DNA from: Prevotella sp.
GTDB lineage: Bacteria; Bacteroidota; Bacteroidia; Bacteroidales; Bacteroidaceae
Assembly (NCBI GenBank): GCA_017960525.1
Contig: JAGCZA010000049.1
Location: forward strand, 8,911 to 72,910
Length of the DNA: 64,000 bases
Direction: 5' to 3'
Shown here: one piece after another, positions 25,823-36,750 of the stretch
How positions within the stretch are numbered: position 1 is the first letter of the stretch
Layout of the letters: each line of letters opens with the position of its first letter
The notes under the pieces: generated by a model
What the model saw: the letters and a program-made list of their open reading frames with translations, nothing else
What the model was told of the DNA's origin: nothing
Databases searched by the model: none
Translations under genes and position numbers: made by a program

Positions 25823-27694
25823 TTGAGGCCAGAAGATTATAAGTTAACCGACTTTCTCCCCACCACCAAGAAAGAGGTGGAGCTGCGTGGGTGGGACTAT
25901 GTTGATGTCATCCTCTTTTCAGGCGATGCCTACGTAGACCATCCATCGTTTGGCGTGGCCGTCATCGGACGAGTTTTAGAGGCAGCAGGCTATCGTGTGG
26001 CTATCGTGCCGCAGCCCGACTGGCACGGCGACTTCCGCGACTTCAAGAAACTGGGGCGCCCGCGCCTCTTCTTCGGCATTTCCCCTGGCTGTATGGACTC
26101 TATGGTGAACAAGTACACTGCTGCCCGCCGCCTGCGCTCCGAAGATGCCTATTCGCCCGACGGCCGCCACGACATGCGGCCCGAATACCCCACCATTGTC
26201 TACTCCAAGATTCTGCGCCAACTCTTCCCCGACGTGCCCATTGTGCTGGGCGGCATCGAGGCTTCTCTGCGCCGCCTCACCCACTACGACTACTGGCAGG
26301 ACTGCCTGCGCCCCTGCATCCTCTGCGACGCCCCTGCCGACATCATCAGTTACGGTATGGGCGAGAAGACTATTGTGGCTTTGGCCGACCGCCTGGCCCA
26401 GGGCGAGGCCATTGCCGACATCACCGACCTGCCACAAACCGTATTCCTGTGCTCTGCCGACCAGATACCGGGCGACATAAGCCCTTCTGACATCGTGCTC
26501 CACAGCCACGAGGAATGTCTGCGCAGCAAACGTGCCGAGGCCGAAAACTATCGCCATATTGAGGAGCAGTCGAATATGATGCACGCCCAGCGGCTTATTC
26601 AAGAGGTGGGTGTAGAAATCGTAAATCGTAAATCCTATGTGGTTGTCAATCCCCCTTATCCCCCGATGACTACGGCGGAAATCGACGCTTCCTTCGACCT
26701 TCCCTACACCCGTCTGCCGCACCCCAAGTACCGGGGCAAGCGCATCCCTGCCTACGAGATGATTAAGCACTCGGTGAACATCCATCGAGGCTGTTTCGGC
26801 GGTTGTGCCTTCTGCACCATCTCCGCCCACCAGGGCAAGTTCATTGCTTGCCGCTCGAAGGAGAGCATCCTCCGCGAGGTGCGACAGATCACCCAGATGG
26901 CCGACTTCAAGGGCTATCTCTCCGATCTTGGCGGCCCCTCGGCCAATATGTATGATATGAAGGGGCGCAACCCGAAAGCCTGTGAGCGATGCCGCCGCCC
27001 AAGCTGCATCCACCCTCAGGTGTGTCCCAATCTCGACACTTCCCACCAGCAACTGCTCGACCTCTACCGTGCTGTCGATGCCCTGCCTGGTGTGAAACGG
27101 AGTTTCATAGGCAGCGGCGTGCGCTACGATCTCTTACTGCACAAAAGCAACGACGAGGCAGCCAATCGCTCCGCACAGGAGTACACCCGTGAACTCATCT
27201 GCCGCCACGTGAGCGGACGCCTGAAGGTGGCTCCTGAACACACCAGCGACTATGTGCTCCAACTTATGCGCAAACCCTCGTTCAGGCTTTTTCGCGACTT
27301 CAAGCGCCTATTCGACCGCATCAACCGCGAGGAGGGCCTGCGCCAACAAATCATCCCATACTTCATCAGCAGCCACCCGGGATGCCGCGAGCAGGATATG
27401 GCAGAGCTGGCCGTTGAGACCCGGCAGATGGACTTCCAACTGGAGCAGGTGCAGGATTTCACTCCCACGCCGATGACCATTGCCACTGAGACGTGGTACA
27501 CGGGCTTCGACCCCTACACGCTACAGCCCGTATTCTCTGCCCGCAGCCCCCGCGAGAAGCTGGCCCAACGACAGTATTTTTTCTGGTATAAGCCTGAAGA
27601 GCGCCGCAACATTGAGCAGAGTCTTCGCCGCATTGGCCGTGCCGACCTCATCCCTAAGTTGCTGGGAGGGCCGACTGGCAGGCCACGCCGGTGA
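25823..27694 (+). CDS. YgiQ-family radical SAM protein
   Basis: GDAYVDHPSFG, RGCFGGCAFC and DLGGPSANMY; TTG start uncertain. Confidence 0.88.
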   Translation: MRPEDYKLTDFLPTTKKEVELRGWDYVDVILFSGDAYVDHPSFGVAVIGRVLEAAGYRVAIVPQPDWHGDFRDFKKLGRPRLFFGISPGCMDSMVNKYTAARRLRSEDAYSPDGRHDMRPEYPTIVYSKILRQLFPDVPIVLGGIEASLRRLTHYDYWQDCLRPCILCDAPADIISYGMGEKTIVALADRLAQGEAIADITDLPQTVFLCSADQIPGDISPSDIVLHSHEECLRSKRAEAENYRHIEEQSNMMHAQRLIQEVGVEIVNRKSYVVVNPPYPPMTTAEIDASFDLPYTRLPHPKYRGKRIPAYEMIKHSVNIHRGCFGGCAFCTISAHQGKFIACRSKESILREVRQITQMADFKGYLSDLGGPSANMYDMKGRNPKACERCRRPSCIHPQVCPNLDTSHQQLLDLYRAVDALPGVKRSFIGSGVRYDLLLHKSNDEAANRSAQEYTRELICRHVSGRLKVAPEHTSDYVLQLMRKPSFRLFRDFKRLFDRINREEGLRQQIIPYFISSHPGCREQDMAELAVETRQMDFQLEQVQDFTPTPMTIATETWYTGFDPYTLQPVFSARSPREKLAQRQYFFWYKPEERRNIEQSLRRIGRADLIPKLLGGPTGRPRR

Positions 27695-27716
27695 AAGGGG
27701 CGAGGCTGTGCCAAAG

Positions 27717-28982
27717 TCACGGTGTTTCGTTTTTCTTTCCGTGACCACCACGCCTGCCGTGGCCTCCACGTCGGTAACCTCTACCCTTGCCTTTTAGGCC
27801 TCTTCCCCTGTCTGAGCCGCCGGAGGTCTTGTATTCGGGAGTCTCACCCAATTCTTCCGGCAGCGGCAGTTTCTCCACTTCTTTCTTCAAGAAAGCCTCA
27901 ATTTGCTTGAAGCGGCGTATGTCCTGGTCGCCGCTGACCAGGGTGATGGCCTGGCCGTCGCGGTCGCAACGGGCTGTGCGGCCTATGCGGTGCACGTAGT
28001 CCTCTGCATCGTGGGGTACGTCGAAATTGATGACGATGGCGATGTCGTCGATGTCGATGCCACGGGCCACAATGTCTGTAGCCACGAGCACATCCACCTG
28101 TCCGCTCTTGAAGCGGTACATCACGTCGTCGCGCTCGGCCTGGGTCAGGTCTGAGTGCATCGGGGCGCAGTTGATTTTCAGTTTCTGCAGGGCGCGGTTG
28201 ATGTCTTTCACGCGGTCTTTCTTGCCGCAGAAGATGATGACGCGCTTCAGGTCGCCGTTCTTGAACAGATGGTTGATGATGCCCAGTTTCTGAGGCTCAT
28301 AGCAGACGTAGGCCATTTGCCGGATTTTGTCGGCAGGACGGCTCACTTTCAATTTTACCTCTACGGGATTTCTCAGCAGCGAGACGGCCAGTTCGCGGAT
28401 TTTCGACGGCATCGTGGCCGAGAACATCACCTTCTGGCAGTCCTTGGGCAGCAGGGCGTTGATTTGCATAATGTCCTCCGAGAAACCCATGTCGAGCATA
28501 CGGTCAGCCTCGTCGAGCACGAAGAAACTTGTACGGGAGAGGTCGAGGTTTCCCACCTTCAGATGGCTCAACAGTCGGCCTGGCGTGGCAATCACCACAG
28601 GTGCGCCGCCGCGCAGTCCGCGTGTCTCCTGGTCGAAGCGCGAGCCGTCGTTGCCGCCGTAGACGGCTATCGAGCTCACGCCGTCGAGATAGTAGGCGAA
28701 GCCCTGCATGGCCTGGTCAATCTGCTGTGCCAGTTCTCGCGTTGGCGCCATCACCACGCAGTTGATGGCATCTTCAGGAAATCCGCCGTCGTCAAGCATC
28801 GACAGGATGGGCAGCAGATAGGCCGCCGTTTTGCCGGTGCCCGTCTGTGCCACGCCCAAAACGTCGTGTCCGTCAAGTATTTCTGGAATACATTTCTCCT
28901 GAATGGGTGTCATCTCCTCGAAGTGCATGTCGTAGAGCGCATCGAGGATGTTGTCGTTCAAATAAGTCTCTTCAAATGTCAT
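27717..28982 (-). CDS. DEAD-box RNA helicase
   Basis: AQTGTGKT, PTRELA, DEAD, SAT and HRIGRTAR; start moved to MTFEE. Confidence 0.93.
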   Translation of the reverse strand: MTFEETYLNDNILDALYDMHFEEMTPIQEKCIPEILDGHDVLGVAQTGTGKTAAYLLPILSMLDDGGFPEDAINCVVMAPTRELAQQIDQAMQGFAYYLDGVSSIAVYGGNDGSRFDQETRGLRGGAPVVIATPGRLLSHLKVGNLDLSRTSFFVLDEADRMLDMGFSEDIMQINALLPKDCQKVMFSATMPSKIRELAVSLLRNPVEVKLKVSRPADKIRQMAYVCYEPQKLGIINHLFKNGDLKRVIIFCGKKDRVKDINRALQKLKINCAPMHSDLTQAERDDVMYRFKSGQVDVLVATDIVARGIDIDDIAIVINFDVPHDAEDYVHRIGRTARCDRDGQAITLVSGDQDIRRFKQIEAFLKKEVEKLPLPEELGETPEYKTSGGSDRGRGLKGKGRGYRRGGHGRRGGHGKKNETP

Positions 28983-29031
28983 AACAATAGTCCCCCAAGC
29001 CAGGGACTTCATACTTTTTTGTTTTCGGCTA

Positions 29032-29062
29032 CAAAATTACACAAAAATGGGCAAATCTCAAA
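29032..29062 (-). promoter_or_regulatory. Promoter (helicase)
   Basis: TTTG-19 nt-TAATTTTG. Confidence 0.65.
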
Positions 29063-29313
29063 ATCTTTTCCGGGAAACATATTAAAGAGAGTGCAGAAAC
29101 TGAAGTATTTCTTTTGATATATCCATCACTAAAACTTTAAATTGGTGCAAATTTAGTGATTATTTTCCAATTATCGGCTCATCGTGGGCTTAAAAATGCA
29201 TAAATTACACGAATTTTGAGCCGATTCGGTCTGAAAATTCGCAAACACGCTCGCGTGTCGGGGCCATCACCTCGCAGTTGATGGCACCTTCAGTTGATCC
29301 ACCCGTAATGCTT

Positions 29314-29453
29314 CATCCGTCCAAAGCAAAAGGAGGCTTATTTCGGACTTAAAGTTTGCTCCGTCCAAACCCGCAAATTCTCGAGAGAATTTATGCGTTT
29401 GGACGAACCTTTCTACCCGTAAGGTTAGTCCTTTGTTTTGGTTTGGACGGATG
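29314..29453. repeat. Nested palindromic element built on the TTTGGACG core
   Basis: Outer CATCCGTCCAAA/TTTGGACGGATG; inner CGTCCAAAC/GTTTGGACG enclosing AAATTCTC/GAGAATTT. Confidence 0.7.
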
Positions 29454-29520
29454 GGAGTGGAAAGCGTGTCAAATCCAAAGACTTCCAAGAGTGGACTCAT
29501 GCACATTTTCTTGTAATTTG

Positions 29521-29551
29521 TTTGCCAATTCCATACTTTTTCGTACTTTTG
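29521..29551 (+). promoter_or_regulatory. Promoter preceding a ~290-nt leader
   Basis: TTTG-19 nt-TACTTTTG. Confidence 0.7.
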
Positions 29552-29557
29552 CACCGT

Positions 29558-29850
29558 GCTAACACTCTTCTGGGGTGGAACGCACAGATTTCATTTGCTC
29601 AACCGCGACTCGAACTGGACCCTCGAAAGAGCGTAACGGGCAAAAAGTAGGAAGGTTATAATACCAGTTATTCCTATATCTATACTCCAAGAGGCTTGCG
29701 CATAGCGTAGGTTTCCCATAGGAGTATAGAGGTTGGTCCAGACCTGAGTCGCGTATGGTGAAGACCTACGCTTTTCTTGTTTCCAAGGTTAGTGTGGGTT
29801 TCCCAGAGACGAGAGTAAATTTAGTACTAACCAATAAAAACAAAGAGCAA
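29558..29850 (+). ncRNA. Candidate structured leader RNA, unclassified
   Basis: At least six complementary segment pairs of 6-17 bp (see findings). Confidence 0.5.
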
Positions 29851-30759
29851 ATGAAAATAACTCGTTTATTACTCCCCATCATCACATTGTTGCTGATGAC
29901 AACTTCCATTCATCGTGTCACGGCGCAAACCCTTCAGGTGCGCTATTCGAGTAGTAACACAGACCATTTATTCGGCGACGTGAACGGCGACGATAATGTT
30001 GATGTGGCAGACATCGCTGCAGTCATCAGCGTTATGGCTGGGAAATTCGATGTCTCGCCCGAAGAGGCTGACGTGAACGACGACAGCAAAGTCGACGTGG
30101 CCGACATCGCAGCCATCATCACGGCTATGGCTGAAGTTAAAGATGATGAAACCTCCTATACATCCTGTCCCGACGAGAACCACCCACATGCAATTGACCT
30201 CGGCCTACCCTCTGGCACAAAGTGGGCGTGCTGCAACGTGGGGGCGAGCACGCCGGAAGGATACGGGAATTATTATGCGTGGGGAGAGACGCAGCCGAAA
30301 AGCGAGTATTACTGGAGTACGTATGCATATTATCATAATTATAATGGTAATAGCAATGTCGATAAAGATGAAATTGTGGACATTGGCTCCGACATTGCCG
30401 GCACAGAATATGACGCAGCTACGGCCAACTGGGGCGCACCTTGGCACATGCCAACTCATGCGCAGGTTGATGAATTGATGAATAACACGATGTCCACTTG
30501 GACTATCCAGAACGGTGTGGAAGGACGTATGTTTTATGGCTCTAATGGGGGTAACATTTTCCTGCCCGCTGCGGGCTACAATTTGGGGTCTGGCATCGTT
30601 GGCAAGGGTTCAGGCGGCGAATACTGGGTGTCGACGATTGTCGAGGGACTGGGTAGCTTTAGCGATGCGAATTATTTCGGTTTCAATGACGACGATAAGT
30701 ATATTAGGTTTGGTTGGGTCAGCCGCTGCGCAGGGATGACGGTGCGCCCTGCGCGTTAA
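29851..30759 (+). CDS. Secreted dockerin plus DLGLPSG (Fibrobacter major-paralog / lectin-like) domain protein
   Basis: Signal peptide; dockerin at 29974-30135; IDLGLPSGTKWACCNVGA..YGNYYAWGET; C-terminal YW.ST...R..G.TVRP. Confidence 0.75.
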   Translation: MKITRLLLPIITLLLMTTSIHRVTAQTLQVRYSSSNTDHLFGDVNGDDNVDVADIAAVISVMAGKFDVSPEEADVNDDSKVDVADIAAIITAMAEVKDDETSYTSCPDENHPHAIDLGLPSGTKWACCNVGASTPEGYGNYYAWGETQPKSEYYWSTYAYYHNYNGNSNVDKDEIVDIGSDIAGTEYDAATANWGAPWHMPTHAQVDELMNNTMSTWTIQNGVEGRMFYGSNGGNIFLPAAGYNLGSGIVGKGSGGEYWVSTIVEGLGSFSDANYFGFNDDDKYIRFGWVSRCAGMTVRPAR

Positions 30760-30850
30760 AATGGGTAAGTTGACAATTCTGATGCATATTGCCTAAATCA
30801 TGCGCAACTATTCCTCTCCCTTCAACTACTCTTATACACATCTTTGAGGG

Positions 30851-31027
30851 TTAGCCCCAAAGGGGCGTTGAGACCACAGGCAGGGGTGGAACCCCTGTAA
30901 ATAGGCAGGGCGTAGCTAAACCCCAAAGGGGTGGCAGAACATTCTGTCGCCCCTTTGGGGCTAATGTTACCGTCCGCTTTTAACAGGGGTTTCACCCCTT
31001 CCTGTAATCTTTTTAGCCCTTCGGGCT
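30851..31027. repeat. REP/BIME-like cluster of palindromes between convergent genes
   Basis: AGCCCCAAAGGGGCG, ACAGGCAGGGGTGGAACCCCTGT and their inverted copies; central CCCCAAAGGGGTGGCAGAA/TTCTGTCGCCCCTTTGGGG. Confidence 0.8.
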
Positions 31028-31102
31028 TCCATTGCAAAGTAGTACAAGGGAGGGGAGAGACTGCGTCGTGATGTACCGAAGAAAACGACTGACCCCCTAA
31101 AA

Positions 31103-32188
31103 TCAGTTAGGCGCCTGCCTGTAGCAGAAATAGGCGATGAAGGCGTAGATGATGTTTGGCATCCAGGCGGCAAGCATGGGAGGCCAACCGGCGTTGATGG
31201 CAAAGGTGGCAGAGACGGTCTGCAAAAGGATGTAGGAGAACGACAGGGCGAGGCCTATGCCTAAGTAGAGGCCCATTCCACCTTTCCGCTTGCGGGCGGA
31301 GAGGCTGGCGCCGATGATGGTCAGGATGAACGAGGCAAACGAGGTGGCTATGCGCTTGTGGTACTCCACCTCATACTGCACCACATTCACCGAGCCGCGC
31401 TCTTGCTGCTTGGAGATGTAGCGTTTCAGTTCTGGCGAGGTGAACGTCTCCTGCTGGCCTTTGTTGAACACCAGGTCCATCGGCTCCATCATAATCATCG
31501 TGTCCAGTTCGGCGCCGGTGGTGATTTGCTCGCGCAGGCCCTTTAGGGTGCGTATCTTGTAGTTGATGACTTTCCAGTGGTTGCGTGTGTCGCTGATGGT
31601 GTCATACTGGATGACGTTGGCCGTGAGATGGCTCACCAGCTTCTTGTTCTCAAACTGGTCGAGCGAGAAGCCGTAGCCGCGCTTGGCGTTGTTGTCGTAT
31701 TGCTGGATGTAGGCGATGATGCCAGGCCCTACTTGCAGTTGCACGTTCTGTGCCGAGGTGTGGCGTTTCTTGTTCTTGTAAAGCGTCTCAAAGTTTTGCA
31801 GCACGATGTTGCCTTGCGGGATGATGTATGCGCCCAGCCCGAAGTTCACCAGGGCAATGAAGGCTGCCGACAGCATATAGGGCCGCATCAGCCTTCGGAA
31901 ACTGGTTCCCGCTGCCAGCATGGCGATAATCTCGCTGTTGCCCGCCAGTTTCGAGGTGAAGAAGATGACGGCAATGAAGACGAACAGAGGCGAGAAGAGG
32001 TTGGCGAAGTAGGGAATGAAGTTGGCGTAATAGTCGAAGATGATGGCCCGCCACGGCGCGTGGGTGCTGGCAAACTTGGCCATGTGCTCGTTGTAGTCGA
32101 ACACAATGCTAATGGAGATGATCAGCACGATGGAGTAGATATACGTGCCGATGAACTTCTTGATGATGTACCAGTCGAGCCTCTTCAT
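31103..32188 (-). CDS. LptF/LptG family LPS export permease
   Basis: LDWYIIKKF, SEIIAMLAAGTSFRRL, six TMs, AWMPN. Confidence 0.85.
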   Translation of the reverse strand: MKRLDWYIIKKFIGTYIYSIVLIISISIVFDYNEHMAKFASTHAPWRAIIFDYYANFIPYFANLFSPLFVFIAVIFFTSKLAGNSEIIAMLAAGTSFRRLMRPYMLSAAFIALVNFGLGAYIIPQGNIVLQNFETLYKNKKRHTSAQNVQLQVGPGIIAYIQQYDNNAKRGYGFSLDQFENKKLVSHLTANVIQYDTISDTRNHWKVINYKIRTLKGLREQITTGAELDTMIMMEPMDLVFNKGQQETFTSPELKRYISKQQERGSVNVVQYEVEYHKRIATSFASFILTIIGASLSARKRKGGMGLYLGIGLALSFSYILLQTVSATFAINAGWPPMLAAWMPNIIYAFIAYFCYRQAPN

Positions 32189-32214
32189 TTACGATTTGTG
32201 TTTTTTCGGATTTG

Positions 32215-33337
32215 TCACACTCGGCGGCCCAGGTCTTCGATGACCGAGCGTTTCCATTGTGTGAAGTCGCCTTCGATGATGTGCTGCCGTGCGTCGCCCA
32301 CCAGCCTCAGATAGAAGGCCAGGTTGTGGATGGAGGCCAGTTGCAGGGCCAGCAGTTCCTGCGACTTGAAGAGATGGTGCAGATAGGCCTTGCTGTGCAG
32401 GCGGTCTATGTAGCAGCCGTCGGGGTCGATGGGGCTGAAGTCCTGCTCCCATTTCTTGTTGCGCATGTTCATCGTGCCCTGATAGGTGAAGAGCATGGCG
32501 TTGCGACCGTTGCGTGTGGGCATCACGCAGTCGAACATATCGACGCCACGCTCTATGGCTTCCAGTATGTTCTGGGGCGTGCCCACGCCCATCAGGTAGC
32601 GGGGGCGGTCTTTGGGCAGGATGGCGTTCACCACCTCAATCATTTCGTACATCACCTCCGTTGGTTCGCCCACGGCCAGACCGCCGATGCTCAGACCGCC
32701 TTGGCCGTCGCCGATGGTGGGCAGGAGGTCGCACACGTGCTTGGCGGCATCCTCGCGCAAGTCCTTGTACTTGCAGCCCTGAACGATGGGGAACAGTGTC
32801 TGCTGGTGGCCGTAGAGCGGTTCGGTCTCGTTGAAGCGCTTGATGCAGCGCTCCAGCCAGCGCTGGGTCAGTCCCAGCGACTTCTTGGCATACTGGTAGT
32901 CGCTCTCCCCTGGCGGACATTCGTCGAGGGCCATTATGATGTCGGCGCCGATGATGCGCTGGGTGTCCATCACGTTCTCCGGCGTGAAGATGTGTTTCGA
33001 GCCGTCGATATGGCTGCGGAACTCGCAACCCTCCTCCCTCAGTTTGCGGATGCTGGTGAGCGAGAATACCTGAAAACCGCCGCTGTCGGTCAGTATCGGC
33101 CTGTCCCAGGTGTTGAACTTATGCAGTCCGCCGGCTTTCCTGAGAATGTCCAGCCCTGGCCGCAGATACAGATGGTAGGTGTTGCCCAGTATGATTTGGG
33201 CTTTCACCTGTTCGCGCAGTTCCGAGAAGTGCACGCCCTTCACCGAGCCGCAGGTGCCCACGGGCATGAAGATAGGCGTCTGTATCTGCCCGTGGTCGGT
33301 GGTGATGAGTCCGGCGCGGGCGTTGCTGCAAGGGTCG

Positions 33338-33360
<23 letters not shown>
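32215..33360 (-). CDS. tgt: Queuine tRNA-ribosyltransferase
   Basis: FMPVGT, TDSGGFQVFSL, GLAVGE and FDCVMPTRNGR; start moved to MTFELQ. Confidence 0.95.
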
Positions 33361-35848
<2,488 letters not shown>

Positions 35849-35895
35849 CTGTTTCTATTTATTATATTTTTCTCGTTTTACCACAAATTAGCGTG

Positions 35896-35954
35896 CAAAG
35901 GTAATATTTTTTTGCCGATTATGCATTAATATTTAGGAATTATTAGTAACTTTG
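35896..35954. promoter_or_regulatory. Divergent -7 boxes (lon on minus, trmN6 on plus)
   Basis: TACCTTTG on minus at 35896-35903; TAACTTTG on plus at 35947-35954. Confidence 0.55.
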
Positions 35955-35976
35955 CATCGAAGAATTGAGGCAAGTT

Positions 35977-36738
35977 ATGGCAAACGACTATTTCCGCTTC
36001 CAGCGATTCACCATCCGACAGGGTCAATGTGCCATGAAAGTGGGCACCGACGGCACCCTGCTGGGCGCGTGGGCATTGCTGCCTGCCGCCGCTGAGACGG
36101 AGGCTCCGCTCGTGCTCGACATAGGCACGGGCACGGGGCTGATAGCCCTGATGATGGCGCAGCGCTATCCGCAGGTGAGGGTAGTGGGCATCGACATTGA
36201 CGATGCCGCCGTCAGTCAGGCGCGGGCCAATGTGGCCGAATCGCCCTTTGCCAGTCGGGTGAACATCGTCGAGGGCGATGTGGTGCAGCCCGATATTCTG
36301 GCTGGCCAGTCTTTCGACGCCATCGTTTGCAATCCGCCCTTCTTCGAGGACGCACTCGTATGTCCTGACGACAGGCGCACCCTGGCCCGTCACGCTGTGA
36401 CCCTCAGTTTTGCTCAACTTATGGGCAGGGCACGCCAGTTACTGACCGACGGAGGCGAACTCTCCGTTGTGGTGCCGGCGGATGGGAAGGCCCGTCTGGA
36501 AAGTGAGGCCGCTCTGGCTGGCTTGTTCAAGGTACGCCAGTGCAGCGTATTCACCTCGTCGCTCAAGCCGCCCCGCCGATTCCTGATGGCTTTCCGCCGT
36601 CACCCCGCCGAGTTGGAACTTTCAGAGTTGGCCATCGGCTCCGACCAATATCGCACTCTGATGGACGGCTTTACCCCCTCTCAGAGTTTGGACGAACCAA
36701 ATGTTTTAGAAGAATATCACACATTACTAACGACTTAA
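35977..36738 (+). CDS. trmN6: tRNA1(Val) A37 N6-methyltransferase family
   Basis: FRFQRF, MKVGTDGTLLGAW, DIGTGTG and NPPFF; start moved to MANDY. Confidence 0.85.
   Translation: MANDYFRFQRFTIRQGQCAMKVGTDGTLLGAWALLPAAAETEAPLVLDIGTGTGLIALMMAQRYPQVRVVGIDIDDAAVSQARANVAESPFASRVNIVEGDVVQPDILAGQSFDAIVCNPPFFEDALVCPDDRRTLARHAVTLSFAQLMGRARQLLTDGGELSVVVPADGKARLESEAALAGLFKVRQCSVFTSSLKPPRRFLMAFRRHPAELELSELAIGSDQYRTLMDGFTPSQSLDEPNVLEEYHTLLTT
36687..36701 (+). repeat. Single TTTGGACGAACCAAA core inside the 3' end of trmN6
   Basis: Exact core with flanks matching the other arrays. Confidence 0.8.
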
Positions 36739-36750
36739 ATGATTTGAAAA

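Noticed and set aside
29267-29650. ORFs of 68-95 aa in the intergenic tract
   Set aside because: They overlap palindromes and promoters and have no protein-like motifs.
29558-29850. Cobalamin riboswitch, hammerhead or RNase P assignment
   Set aside because: Only faint resemblance; the B12 box, CUGAUGA core and RNase P consensus are absent.
29851-30850. Complete DGR or retron
   Set aside because: No reverse transcriptase, accessory gene or template repeat in the window.
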